A stretch of 64,000 nucleotides of DNA. It comes from Geosiphon pyriformis uo1. Its lineage: Eukaryota; Fungi; Glomeromycota. The notes beneath the pieces were generated by a model that saw nothing but the letters and a program-made list of their open reading frames with translations, had not been told where the DNA came from and did no database searches. The stretch's first letter is position 1. Each line of letters starts with the position of its first letter. The position numbers were made by a program, and so were the translations under genes. Shown one piece after another: positions 39,098 through 52,446 of the stretch. The stretch lies in the NCBI GenBank assembly GCA_016748015.1, contig JAAOMT010000334.1, positions 1-64,000 on the forward strand, in the 5' to 3' direction.

Positions 39098-42000
39098 TTA
39101 CATGAACCACATAACCTGTTGAATTGTAAGATAATTTTTATTTAATTCAATCAGTAAAAAGCAATGAAACCAAACATACCTTAGCAAGATCAGGCATGAC
39201 GGTACCAAATGTTCCACTAAATGTTGGCTCTTCTTCTGAAGAAAAAGATGCTGCCTCGCTCGAGGATGAATGTTGAGTATAATATCTGAATTAATCTTAT
39301 TAGTTGAATATTTTAAAAATGAGCAAGCAGCCAAAGTCAAGAATTTATTTAAAATTTACCTGGCCCTCCTACAAAGCAAATGTGCATATCCAACTGGTGT
39401 GACCTAAATGGAATTGAACAAAATAGAATAGAATAACATGTTGAAGAAGATGGGAAACGAAATTTGGTTTTCAAAGTTTACCAAAGAAACTGCTCGCGTG
39501 CACCTGTGCGAAATAGTGTGAATAAAGAGTTTCTTTTGAGAAATTTGAAGAGCTTTGCAAAAAATGATCTGGAAAAAAAATTAAAGTATTCACTCACCTC
39601 GCAAATGTATATGTTAAATAATATGTCAAGGTTTGAAGGCTGATAATATTATGAAATTAAGATGTTGGAAAAGTTTTTACACACAAAAGTTTGAAATATT
39701 TGAATATGTGAAAATATTCTACCTATCTGGATCGAATTCATTCTCGTCCCAAAGAACATGGTAATGCGTTGGACGACTCGTGCCTTGTAAACCGGCATGA
39801 CTTTGAAGATCTATAAGAAAACGAGTAGAATCAGCTACTCAAAATCTTTCATACAACCGTTAGAGATAAACTTACAAAAGTCGAATTCGAAGGGATGGAT
39901 AATCATAGTCTCGACAACAGTCCCAGGTAAACAATTTCCTGTTCGATCAGCATCCTTCCCAATGATAGGGAAAAACCGAGTGTGATGTCTCTTTTGCACG
40001 ATAACAAATGTAATTGTCGGACGATAAGTTATATCCAAGGATTGGCAGGCTACTGGTAAATTAAAAAAAATACAATTGTTATTTTTCTGTAGGAATGATC
40101 TCTTGAAACCACATTTACTCAAAGAAATTACCTTTTATCGCCTTAATTTCACCTTCCATAATTTGAGCAAACTGGCCTTCTGATACACCGTCACGATAAA
40201 ATAAAATTCTTTCGGGCTTTCGGCCACAAGTCTGGTAAAAATTTTTCAATAATTCTCTGACCATATCTGCAAGATCAGAAATAATATCACTTTTCGCAGT
40301 TTGGCAGCGAATGGAAGCAGCGTAACGCGAGGCTTTGGCATCCATAGTTGCGCAAAGAGTAGCGATTGATGGACTTGCCGGGTTATCTATCAAGTTTTAT
40401 TTTTGAAGTTAGTTGAAAGAAAGTGAAGCATTTTTTTCATTTCCGAACATTAAAGCTTACTTGGGTTAGAATGAGTGACATCTGCTCCCATGACAATTGT
40501 CGGTCTATCGCTAATGAATGGAATATCATTCGATCCCAAAAACCAATTCATTCCACCGAGCTTCACATTCATTTTTAAACCGACGTTGCCACAATACTGC
40601 TTTTTTGCCTGCATCATATGTCGCGCTTGTATACATTGGGTGGCTATCCCGATTACAGTATCGCTTACTCGTTTTATCTCTGCGTAAAGCTGCTCTCCAG
40701 TATTTGGCAGAACACAAATAATTAATTGTGGTTGAGCATTAGCAGCAGTCCCAGCACGAAGCCATGCCTGTTTAAGAATCGCATCAATATTTCCTTGAGG
40801 ATTAGCGTGCAAGATCGGAGGGGCCTTATTTGGTATATTCAAGCCAATTTCTATGGCGGTAATAACAAATTCCCTAACAAAAGCTTGGATAGCCTGCATA
40901 GGGAAAGCATGCTCCGAACCAAACGCCACAATAACCCAAGATAAAAGTATAGCTCCGGTAGCCAGTTTTTTATCTCGAAGATTCCAGACGCCCTCACGCG
41001 GTTTGAAAACTGCTTCGCGTGAGCTTGGATTATTATTAATAGAGGGAGGGGGTAAGATTCTTGCTGGGATCTGAAATAAAACAAAAAATTGTAAATGTGT
41101 TTTAGGAAAAATGACTCGAGTTATACCAGAAAAGAAATAGGCAAGTTACCGAGACCATTTCATTTGATATTTTCATGTGGAAATTCTGCAAGTATTCATT
41201 ATCACGATAGTTCAATATTTCAACACCTTGCTTGATTTTGTTTGCACGCAGATGTGGAGGCTGACAAGTAAACATGATCATATCGGCGGTTTGTTTATCG
41301 TTAAGCTTACGAATATGTCTTTGGCCCTAAAGAACATATATTAATGTTTGAAAATATGTCTGAAAAAATATATCAAGTTAAAGGAACGAGTTTACCTCAA
41401 CAACTTCACATACTTCAACAGGAAGATACACATCTTTTCTCACAACCACACAGGGAAGATGGGGAAACTCGAGGGCCTTACCATAAACACGTTTAAAATA
41501 TGTGAAAACATCGATTTGTCCTTCATTTGTAGTGAATTTGGTGTTTATAGCCGGGGAATCAGTCAATTTGAAAACTTTGAATTGTCGTCTCGAGGTCACA
41601 TCTCCGCGATGAGTGACACGTATTTTTAAATTTTTAATGGCTTTTTCTATTTTTATTCGATCTCTGTCAGTCAAACCACGTCTAAGATCATCGTAGTTTC
41701 TAAGGCTGAGTAATTTGACAAACATTTGTAGTAAAGGACCACCCTCGTAAAAAGCCGTTGCACTAAGATCAATATTTATCATCATACGACCTATTGTAAA
41801 AATCGAAAAATGGATAAGCTCTTTGAAATCCGAAGCTTAATAAGAAAAGACATTAAGAATACCTGGAGTCGGTCGAGCAGATTGATAATAACCTTGCCTG
41901 ACTTCGGAACCGCCAAACAATGGTTGAGAACCTTGTGGTGTATAGAAAGAGCGACCAACGGTAGTGTATTTCATCGAAGGGAGATGTCTAATTAGCACAT

Positions 42001-42778
42001 CCAAAGCCATAATTCCTAAGAAAAAATGAGTGGTAGTGTCCAAGTAAAAAGTGTGATAAGAAAAATATATTAATTAGACAACTTGGAAATAAATTCAGAA
42101 ACTAAACACATACCAGTCAAACAGGCAGGTGTTAATGAACCTCTTGCGTTCAAGAAGAAATGCAGATCACGCATGCTAATTTCACCCGCTTTCTTTAACT
42201 TTACTCTGAAAGCACGTGGGGCACGCTTGGAAGGCGTGCCATCTTCTTCAGGAAGAGTAACCTAATTCTCGAGAAAATAATTCAAAGTCAAAAAGTTGGT
42301 CGAAAAGAAATATAGAATAAAAGAATTAAATGAAATTGAACAATTACATCAAACGTAGCGGCATCACCGAGAGGTAATGATTTTGAAGTAAACATATTTT
42401 TACGACCTTTTTTATTTCGATATCAAAAATTGAATGTAAAATTGTTGAGAATTTTTAGGTGGTAAATTTCTTTTAGAGCGTCACGATGTTTAAAAATTCT
42501 AAATTTGATGAATGAATTAACAAAAGCATAAATAAGAAAATACCATCATAAACAGGTCTAGTTCCACCAAGAGCACTATAATAATTTGCCCCTTCGAACA
42601 CTTTAAAAACTTTGCGATTTAATACTGGAGGCACATCAGGTGTGATTGTTATATCGTAGTGATGAATTGCTTCGGTGGGCAATTCAGTGACTTGGAAAAA
42701 ATTGGCGCGAACGCGAATCTCTCGCCCCACACGTCCTAAGCCAGGCCTTACGACGAAATCGGTTAGTCGACTTGCCAT
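39098..42778 (-). CDS. ago: Argonaute (AGO clade), about 842 aa, 15 exons: 42778-42544, 42406-42348, 42261-42114, 42015-41863, 41790-41396, 41326-41150, 41070-40461, 40386-40132, 40052-39876, 39810-39723, 39639-39598, 39503-39482, 39403-39360, 39285-39180, 39115-39098
   Basis: [13 protein letters not shown] (N domain), [15 protein letters not shown] (PAZ), LYAEIK / TQCIQ / KMNVKLGG (MID), [34 protein letters not shown] and YAHLL (PIWI). All joins are GT-AG and in frame. Confidence 0.95.
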
Positions 42779-43809
42779 GCGCGATTAAGATGAGGAAACT
42801 GACATGAAAAAATTAGGCTGCTTTTATTTTAGACTTCAAGAGAATTTGAATTTTTCTATTGACATTCGAATGACGATAGAACCTTGTAAATATGATAAAT
42901 TATACTTTGAACTAATTGATAATCATATCGTGGAAAAGTACCAAGACTACAGATCGGACTTGCAACTTTACCCTTTAAGATCTCGAAGACGATTTATTTA
43001 AAAATGAGGTTCAAAAGTTTAAGCTGTGAATTTTCAAAATTACAAGTCATGATGATTTAAACCTGTGAGTTAAAAGGTTGAAAATTTAGCCTCACCATTA
43101 GAAGGCGATTAAAAAAAACCCCATTTAGATTGTTATTTTACACGAATTGTATTTGTTTTTAGGCAAATTTTCAATTTAGAAGAATCCCTCTATATTTTTC
43201 GGTACTCTTTTGATGCTGTAACATGAGCTATTTACATTTGTAAAAGTTTCTCATAATATAAAGATAAGATGTGAAACTATAAGCTCAAAAATTAAAACTT
43301 CAAATAAAAGTCGTATATGAAGCTAAAAAATTTGACAGAAAATTCTTCTAATTTTTAATATATTCCAAGACAAAGTTTTATTAATTGTATCATAAAAATG
43401 GAAATTCACAACTTACGACTAAATTATATTTCTGGGAGCATGAAATGGGCAAATACAGTCATTTTGAAAAAGATATTTTTAGTACAATATTTAAAAACTT
43501 GAGATTTAAAATATAAAGGGGTAAATGATAGGCATAAGAAAGTAACAGCTAATGATTAGTCAGTATCAACGGACATCACAAACGGCTATTGTATTTCTCC
43601 ATCTGGAATCTATTTTAATCAGTATTTCAAATAAAGGAAGATTTTTAATTTGAAATGGTTTGCCAAGATACTTTATGGGTGTATATAAATTTTTTTTTAT
43701 AAAGCTTTACTGATTATTTTATTCATTTATTTAAGAAATGAAATATAATACTAAGAGGAAATGTACAGATCAAATTTGCTTTTATCTTGAGAATTTTTTT
43801 AAAATTTAA

Positions 43810-44545
43810 TTATTATGCATTTCTTTTTTAATTCCAAGTTCTTTAAAACAGTTCACAGAGAATTACTAAATTGATCAACATAGTTTTCGGTAAAGAATTT
43901 CTCACCAGATTTTCAATAGGATTTAGATTCGGACTACATGACCATCAGTCAATAACTTTGGGTCACGTTTTCTGCAAGAAACGCCTTGGCTACTCAACTT
44001 GTACCCTTGAGATCCGTTATCATGTTGAAATCGCCACTTATTTCCAAGTAGAAATATTTGTACGAATCTTCTAGCCTTTGAAGAATTGATGATTTTCCTT
44101 GTAACAATGATCAAATGTGTTTGGGAACAGTTCAAATGCTGTCTCATCCGAAAATAAATTTTTTTCCAGTTATCATTCAAGATAAAATTTGGCCCATTGA
44201 ACACCTTCTACTTTTGAACTTAAACGGGCTTATTAATTTGTAGGTTTTTCATATGTCCAAGGTGCTTTTAAATGTCTGCCAATTGCGGGCGATATAGAAT
44301 ATCTACTCCCCTCTGTACCTAGTTTAATAGCAGAGACAAAGAATAATTTTTATAAACATATTGTCCATGTATGTACCATAATTTTCATACAATGACATTC
44401 CCTTTTTTTCCGTTGTGTAGTACAGCAGGAGGACAGATTCATTTCTCATGTGATTTATAAGCAAAGCTGCAAATTTAATTCCGCTTTTGAAATAAAATCT
44501 TTTATTTGATTGGGTGAAAAATGAAAAATTTTATATGAGCCTGTT
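43810..44545 (-). mobile_element. Degraded Tc1/IS630-type transposon of the same family as 30187-31245
   Basis: WRFQHDN and WSCSPNLNPIENL motifs. The 5' non-coding region (catataaaa..tttca; tttgcagctttg; atgaatctgt) is shared with the copy near 30200. Confidence 0.8.
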
Positions 44546-45283
44546 GTTATTTCCACAAAATGTAAGTGGAAAGAGATACAGCATCTTAAAACTTGAATCA
44601 TTGTTAAATAGAAATCTTTAGCAGATTTGAGAATTAAGATTGCCATAAATATTAATCTTTCCGAAGCTTCTATTGTAAAATGGTTACATCGTGGAACTTT
44701 AGAGATAAGTTTAGTAATTTTTAGGTAACAATTGTGACACTAAAATTCTTATGCATGATAATAAATCAAAGTTTTTAGCGAACTTAATATTCCCAAAATA
44801 GGTTGTAATTCAGAAATCTAACGTTAAACCCGGGAAATGTTTTTCTCTTGAGTTTTTCGAAAATTCCTTTCTAGCCTTGAATATTAAAACCTCCTCAAAT
44901 TTGATTTAGAAGCCTCCTTCTATTTAACATTAATAATAATACAAATTTTTAAAAATAAATTTTATTCAGTAAATATGACGGAAATAACGTCTGATAAAAA
45001 TTTAGGGATGAAAGTATTTAGAAAAGCAAGAAACTATAAATACTCTTTTAATTAGATTCTTTTTGGATGCTAAGTTTATCAAAAAAAAATTATATATCTC
45101 GATCGATATCCTGGTGAGTAAAAGTAATCGAAAAATTACAATTATCATTATAATATATATATTTATATAATATAATTTTGATTATCTATAAAGTATTAAC
45201 GAATTATATGACTATTGAAAGAAAAGTCTCTTTAATAAATGGAATCGTTTTTAACCAAATTTCTGAATAGAAATTATGCATTT

Positions 45284-45791
45284 TCATATAATTTGTGTCC
45301 GCACAAATGTATTACTTTCTACGTTCTTCACATATATCAAACGCATTGAGAGGTTCTGGGAAATTTTTAAAAGATTTTCTGTGCTCTATAAAAATTTAAA
45401 TATTTTTTGATCAAAATTAAAATAAAAGTTTTTATTAAATAGTTTGTGAAAGAATTAATCAAACTCATCCTACCATTTGAAAATAACTCGATTCATGATA
45501 ATTGAAAGTTTCTTGATTAGAAGAAAGGGATTGAAATTTTTTAGTTACTTGCTCAAGTTCTTTCAATTTTTCTTCAATGCGATTGAGACTTCCTTGTAAA
45601 CTTCTCGTATGTTCCGTATATTTTTGACAAGAGTTGCAAAAATAATTTTCAGTATTGATTGGTTTGTTTATTTTAACTATAGAGCATTGGTCATTAGAAA
45701 TTCGAAATTTATGGTTATAACCTGAGTTGGACCTAGTAAAGTATGGATTTATTTTATGACTTTGAATTAAGGTTGATTTACAAGAAGGCAT
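45284..45791 (-). CDS. Small coiled-coil protein 1 (about 139 aa); exons 45791-45474, 45385-45284
   Basis: ATG at 45791. A phase-0 GT-AG intron joins YFQM to STENLLKISQNL, matching the motif in the two neighbouring ORFs. Confidence 0.6.
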
Positions 45792-46206
45792 ATTGTTGTT
45801 GTTGTTGTTGTTGTTCAAGCTTAAAAGTTTTGAGATGAAAGGTATTTTATACTTTTGAAATAGAAATTACTTCTTTTAATATGAAAAATATTATGACGAA
45901 GAAAATTTTGAATTTTGAATCACTTTTTTTATACTTTTGAAAAAAACTTTGACCTTTTTCCTCTGGATTTTAAAGTCCTTTATAGAATTCAGAATATTCA
46001 AAAAATAGACAAAAGAGTAATGTACGGAGAAAACGGAGAATAGATTATCAGGTAAACACGGGATATCAAAACCGATTTTTAGATTAATTGTATCAATGAA
46101 AGAATCAATCTTGAAAGAGTTTCATAAAAAAAAAAAATGACATAGTGATTAATTTATTCGGACTTTGTTTAAGAAATAAAGTTATTAAATAAATGTATTC
46201 ATGAAA

Positions 46207-46223
46207 TTATTTAAATTTTTTTA

Positions 46224-46272
<49 letters not shown>
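46207..46272. repeat. (AAT)n microsatellite
   Basis: Perfect trinucleotide run within an AT tract. Confidence 0.9.
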
Positions 46273-47745
46273 TCAAATTTTATTTAATTTACAACAGCAT
46301 TGAAAAACTTCAATAATCAGAAGATTCTTATCGAGTTTTTCTTTTCTCAAAATATTATTGTAATAAAAATTATTCATTGTTTCTTCTTTTTTGAGTGTAA
46401 AATTTTGTGAAAATTTGGGTTAAATGATTTCACAAATCTTTTGTTAAAAGAAATAATTTCGATCTGAAAATGAAAATTTCCGGAGACAATTGTCCATGAC
46501 GTGTGATTCTTAAAATTATTAGACAAATATTTAAATTCTTTTGTTGCATATAGAACTTCTTTTTTTTTTAGGAGGATAAAGAGCTTATAATCAATGGGAA
46601 GATACTTGTCTAGGATCACTATCAGAATTTATTATAATAGCAAAATAAATAATAAAGAGGTGATTATTTAAAAATCTTTGCTATTGTTTCCGTAGCATTT
46701 GATCCCCTTTTTAATGCAGTGTATAAAGCTGTAATAAAATAAATAATAATATGATAATTTTATTTTCCCCTTAAATGATTTGAAAATGGATAAATCGTTC
46801 GAAAAAAAAATTATTGTACATTTTAAAAAGATAAAATAATAAGATTTTTAACCATAGCTCTCAACTTTTATGAAAACACACTCAATAGAATCTATTTACT
46901 TAAAGAACACAAGTCCTCTAGATTTCTTATAATCGGACAAGAATGATGTCATATCACTCAGAAAATTTTCTCAGCAGCTTTCAAACGCACACCGCTTATG
47001 TTAATGATTTTATAAATTCTCGAGATATTTTTATTTAAAGAGAATTTTAGTAACCATATTAAAATAATAATTTTGACAGTGACCACTTACTACTATTCTA
47101 TAAAATGGTAACTCCTATTCAAACCATTACTAATTTTAGCAATTAATTTATTTAATAACAATTATATTATTGCAAATTCAAAAAAATTTAAATATATATT
47201 AATAGCTTTTATATTAAAAGGTTAGAACATAAAAAAGAATTTTATAGTAAAAGAAGTAATATATTGTGATCAAGAAATTTTGTGAAGAATTATACTTTAA
47301 AGAATATAATATTTTAAAAAAAATTTATTGTTAAAATGATTTTAAATGCCAATTTTGAAAAATTTCATTATTAATTCGTCTTCAATTAATTAATTGAAGC
47401 TGAAGCTAAAATCCAAAATTAATAGAGTAAAAAACTTTTTAAAAGTATATATATTATTATTATTATTATTATTAACTATTTTTCTACTCACTTTTCGAAA
47501 TCTTGTTCACATCAATTTTCATAATTTACATGTTTTAATAAATTTTTAGATTTAAATTTTTTCCTATATAGGTTTCATATCTTTCAAAGAAATTTTAACT
47601 TCTTGTTTCTTTTTTTACAATTTGGCTATAAAATTTTACCCATTACAACTATAGTAGTAGTAGAAATTAGAGAACTCTTTCTAAAATTAATATTAAATTA
47701 TAATGTTTGTTCTTAATTATAAAGTTTTAAACTTAATTTTTTAAC

Positions 47746-48174
47746 TTAATTTTGAAATTTTATGCTTCCAAGATCCTCTGTCATTTTTAACAGTTCATCT
47801 GTGGTTAAATGGTTAAAATCTAGTTCTTCAATTAAAAACTGACCACCATTCTTTGGAACGTTCGTATTAGATATTTCTATTATATTATTAAGTTTTTTTT
47901 GGGCTTCTTGAATTCGAAGTTGCATCTCGTCGATTATTTCTTCAGGTATATCTTCTTCTTTTTCTTCTTCTTCTTCTTCTTTTTCATCCTCATATACACA
48001 AGGATAACGTTCATTTATATAAGGATTTAATCGTTGAAAATTTGATTTAGGCATTTGATTTTTACGAGCCGTAAATGTTTGTTGATTATTATTATTATTA
48101 TTATTGGAGTTAATTGGTGATGCATTTCGTCTTTTAATCGAGAAAAATATTTTGATTGATTTAATTGGAGCCAT
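47746..48174 (-). CDS. Small coiled-coil protein 2 (142 aa, acidic tract)
   Basis: ATG ORF with RLNPY, IQEAQKKLNNI and LDFNHLTTDELLKM motifs shared with its neighbours. Confidence 0.65.
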   Translation of the reverse strand: MAPIKSIKIFFSIKRRNASPINSNNNNNNNQQTFTARKNQMPKSNFQRLNPYINERYPCVYEDEKEEEEEEKEEDIPEEIIDEMQLRIQEAQKKLNNIIEISNTNVPKNGGQFLIEELDFNHLTTDELLKMTEDLGSIKFQN

Positions 48175-48816
48175 TGGTGATTATTGATTTACTTTCAAAT
48201 CTAAAGAAATTGATAGCTTTGAACTTTTGATATATTTATATATTTTTTTTTCCTATTAGTGTATATTAATAATAATTGGGATAAAAATAGGATCTCGGTT
48301 ATTATTATATCATCTGCAAAGATACGTTATACAAAGCTATTATTAAAAACTTTAGATTTACTACTAACGGAGATTGTCTAAATATAGATATATTTTTTTT
48401 AATTTTAGTGTGTGTTTCACGCTAGGTTTCTCCTAAAGAACTTTTATTCTAATTTTCATATCACTTTTTTTTAAAAGTAATTTATTATGAGCCGTCGTAT
48501 CAAAAAAGTAACAGAATTTTAGATTCCAATATCTTTTCCCCAAGTATTAAACAACTTTAGCCAATTTTTTATTTCCCAGTTTATTTTCATAAAATATAAT
48601 TTTTTATTATAAAATTCAAATTAATAAGATTACTCTATAATCGATTGCAATCCTCATAAATCTTAAAAGCTTAATATTTGATAAATAATCAAAAATTTTT
48701 TTTCATAAGAAAAGATCAATATACAGTCTATATATAGCCTGATTCTATGATATTTGAACGTATTTGAACTTAAAAGAAAGAAAGAAAGAAAGAAAGAAAG
48801 AAAAAATGTGTAGTTT

Positions 48817-49272
48817 CTAAAGGGAATGAAAATCTTGGAAAAATGTTGGCATTTGTAATGATTCTAGCTTATAATCTTGATTATCCTTCTTATCAAGTTT
48901 ACCATATTCAATGTTTATTGATAGCTTTAATAATTCATCTATGCTAATATCTGATAAATTGACTTCTTTATTGGTAATTGGATCATTATTTACAAAACAT
49001 TGTAAATTCTTTGTCGAAAGCTCCGTCAAATAATTTAATTTTTGTTCAATCTTGTTAAAACCTTTCTCTAATGTGTTTATATATTGTTTGAACTCATCGT
49101 AATCACAGCAAATTTCCTCATTTTTTTTGACTTCTTTATTAAGTGAATCACGCTTAGAACGATAATTATCGCCTCTTACTTTAAAGATATGCTTCCGTCC
49201 AGTCATATCAAATAAAGTTGAATTGAGGGATTTCCGTGGAGTTTGCGATAGGACTGAGCTCACAGGTGGCAT
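48817..49272 (-). CDS. Small coiled-coil protein 3 (151 aa)
   Basis: ATG ORF with FNKIEQKLNYL and VNLSDISIDELLKL motifs shared with its neighbours. Confidence 0.65.
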   Translation of the reverse strand: MPPVSSVLSQTPRKSLNSTLFDMTGRKHIFKVRGDNYRSKRDSLNKEVKKNEEICCDYDEFKQYINTLEKGFNKIEQKLNYLTELSTKNLQCFVNNDPITNKEVNLSDISIDELLKLSINIEYGKLDKKDNQDYKLESLQMPTFFQDFHSL

Positions 49273-49969
49273 TTCGTTTTAATTTAAAAAAAAATTTTTG
49301 GTGAACTTTTAAGAGTAGAATAATAGTAAACAGCTTTAGAATTATTTGTATATATATATATATATATATCAACTTTACACTGCGAAAGTTGAAAAAATTT
49401 CTCGCTCTATATATATAGAAAATAATAATAATAATAATACTTGGCTAGATATTCATAATCGCCAATTGTTTCCCGAAATTAATCATTTTCCTTGGCATAA
49501 AAATTATGAATTATCTTATTTTTTTCAATAAAATATAAAACAATATGTAATAGAACTCAAATATTTTGCCATGCAACGTCAATACTGCAATAGAAAATTT
49601 AATAATAGCTAATATTCTAAAAAAAAAATTTTTTTTTATTCTTCGGATTAGAAAATGGCTTTTTTTTTTCACTTGAGAGATAAAAAAGGGCCATTTGTAT
49701 TAGACTTATGATTAATTTCCTTTCCATCCAAATTTAATTAATAAGCTTTTATTAATACTCAATATGATACTTTTTTCTAAAATTCCAAAAAATCTTGTTT
49801 AAAAAAAAGATCTTTTTAAAAAACTAGTCTTGATTCAAAAAAGAAAATGTCCAAAGAACTTCTCAATACAATTATGAAATAATAAAAACTTGAAATTTAA
49901 TTAAAATCTTAAAAGAGTAATTAATATTTTAAAAATTAGAATAAACAAATTACGCATTTATAAATTGAA

Positions 49970-50000
<31 letters not shown>

Positions 50001-51565
50001 AAACCAATGGCAAAGACACTTTTAAACAAAAAATTATTGATTTATAGAATAAAGAATATATATATATATATGTGTGTGTTTCGATTTTTTTTAATTCCAA
50101 AATAAATTGAAAAGTTTTTCGTTGACTTGGTCAAAATGCTTAAAAGTCTGACTTTTTCACAGAGAAAAATTGACTGTACTTCAGAAACCGGAGAAGTATG
50201 TCAAATTGCAAGTAGAATTATCTAAAATTAACAAAGACTTTATCTATCACTTATTATAATTCTTCTTTTAAACGCTAAAGAAATCAAAATTTTGCTTATA
50301 TTTCAATAAAGAAGGTGAATGGATTATTTAAAATGTCTCTGTAGTTTCTAAAAACTTTATGGCCATAGCTATCGGAGAACTGATTGTTTCATGCGACGAC
50401 ACAGTATTTTTTGTAGAGTGTTAACTAAAAACAGGGTTTGAATAATATTATGTTCAAAAAATATCTAAACTAAAAAATATTTCTAAAGGTTTTTTAAACG
50501 AAAGAATAAGGCTCTTATTTCGTGTAATCCGCTTTATAGAATTTTAAATGAAACTCTTTTCTTCAAAATAATCAGCCATCTTGAAGTTATGAAATGTATT
50601 TTTTTTTTTTCGTTTGAAATTTATGTATTCAAAGAGATTTCTAAATGATCAGTGTACATTAGAGAAAAAGCGTATATTTTGATAAGTGCACATTTAGAGA
50701 ATAAGAATATATTTAATCAATAATGTTAAATTATAAGTCCGTCTCTTGATGTCCGTAACTCGTTAAACTGATGTAGTCAACAAAATAATAGAGTTAAAAA
50801 AAGATGATCTTATATTACAATCTTTTAAAAAGAACAATGGCTTTGGTTTCTTAAATAATGTTGTGCAATTTTTTCGGACTATTATGGATTTTGTTTGAAT
50901 CTTCAATAATCCAAAAATTGATTCTAAAACACTTAATATTCGTAAAGAAAAATATTACATGAACAGAAAGATTTATTAAAAAAAACTTTTACTTTGTTAA
51001 TTATATCAATATGACAAGATAACTTAATATTTAAAATATTAAAAGAAAGATTTTTATCTATTGAACATACTATAAACAAATTTAGGTTATTTTTTACCAT
51101 TTATAAAGTACTGGAAAAGTTAATTTACATAATTTTTTATAATGACTCTCGAAATAAAATGGCAAAATAGAGAATAAATTTGAATCTCGAAATTTAAAAT
51201 TGATCTTTTACAGATAATTGTAATTTATTGACTTTCTCGAACAAAATATTATCAGTTATCTCTTATAATAAGTATATTTTCAAAGATATTTTTTAAGATC
51301 ATAATTAATTAATTGAATTATTCTCAAAATGTGCAAAGTTTAAACTGTCAAAGAAAAATATCTATATTTAAATGAAAGATAGTTGTTTAAAATAAAACAA
51401 AGATCTTCAATAATCATTTTATTTGCTTTGTAGAGCGCAAACTAAAAATTTTTACACTTATGAAATTATAGCAAAAGAATTCCAATTTTACACAATATAA
51501 AGATCCTATGAAACTAAAAGACTGGCATTTTGGGTCAGAAAAAAAAAGACTAAACAACCAAAAAA

Positions 51566-51567
<2 letters not shown>

Positions 51568-51639
<72 letters not shown>

Positions 51640-51652
51640 CATCATCATTATT
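51568..51652. repeat. (TAT)n/(CAT)n microsatellite
   Basis: Long perfect trinucleotide run; it creates the spurious poly-Tyr ORF. Confidence 0.95.
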
Positions 51653-52446
51653 ACCAAAAATTTCAACAAAATAATAAAATGGAATCCAAATATTTTTTCA
51701 TATTACAAAAATAAAACTTAAAATAAAAAATAAACTCATATTTAATAATTTCAAGAGATTTTGTAATCAAAAAAAAATATAAAAACAGTTTTAAAAACAT
51801 CTTTTAATATTAATAAATAATTAAAAGAAAAAACAGATAAAATAAACACCAAAAATATATATTAAATTTTTAATAATCTGATTTGTAATTAATGGAAACA
51901 AAAAAGTGATTTTAATAAAACAATAATTTAAAACATAAAAATAATATTTATTAAAGAATTTTTAGGAATAATAAAGAGAAATTTAGTTAATTCAATAAAA
52001 TATGAATGTGAATTAAGTATTGTAAATAATGGGAAATATATATATATATTATGAAATTTTCTTTAATAAATTTATTCTTTAATAATTCCCAGATAATAAT
52101 TAATTATTCAAAGACTAAATTATTTTCAAAAGATTGTAAACAATTATTAATTGCGTAATTGAAATCAGTCTTTTTATTGTATTGGTAATATTTTATCCCA
52201 ACTTTATAAACACTTTATTATTAACGTAAAATCAAAATGATATTATAGATCAAATATTTAGAACCTATTAATGCTCAATATACTTAAAATAAGATAAGGA
52301 AGCTTTTAAATGACAAGACTTGTAAAATTTGTTACCTTGAAAGTAAATCATCTTAAAAAAGTTATTTGGAAAAATAAGTTATTAAGAATTTCAATTAGAT
52401 TATATTGTGCTTTACTAATATTTTGCGTTGAAAAGTTCTTTTTGGA

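Noticed and set aside
46374-47030. Coding-like fragments on the minus strand between small genes 1 and 2
   Set aside because: No consistent spliced frame or recognisable motif.
51508-51714. 68-aa poly-Tyr/His ORF
   Set aside because: Produced by the (TAT)n microsatellite; no other coding signal.
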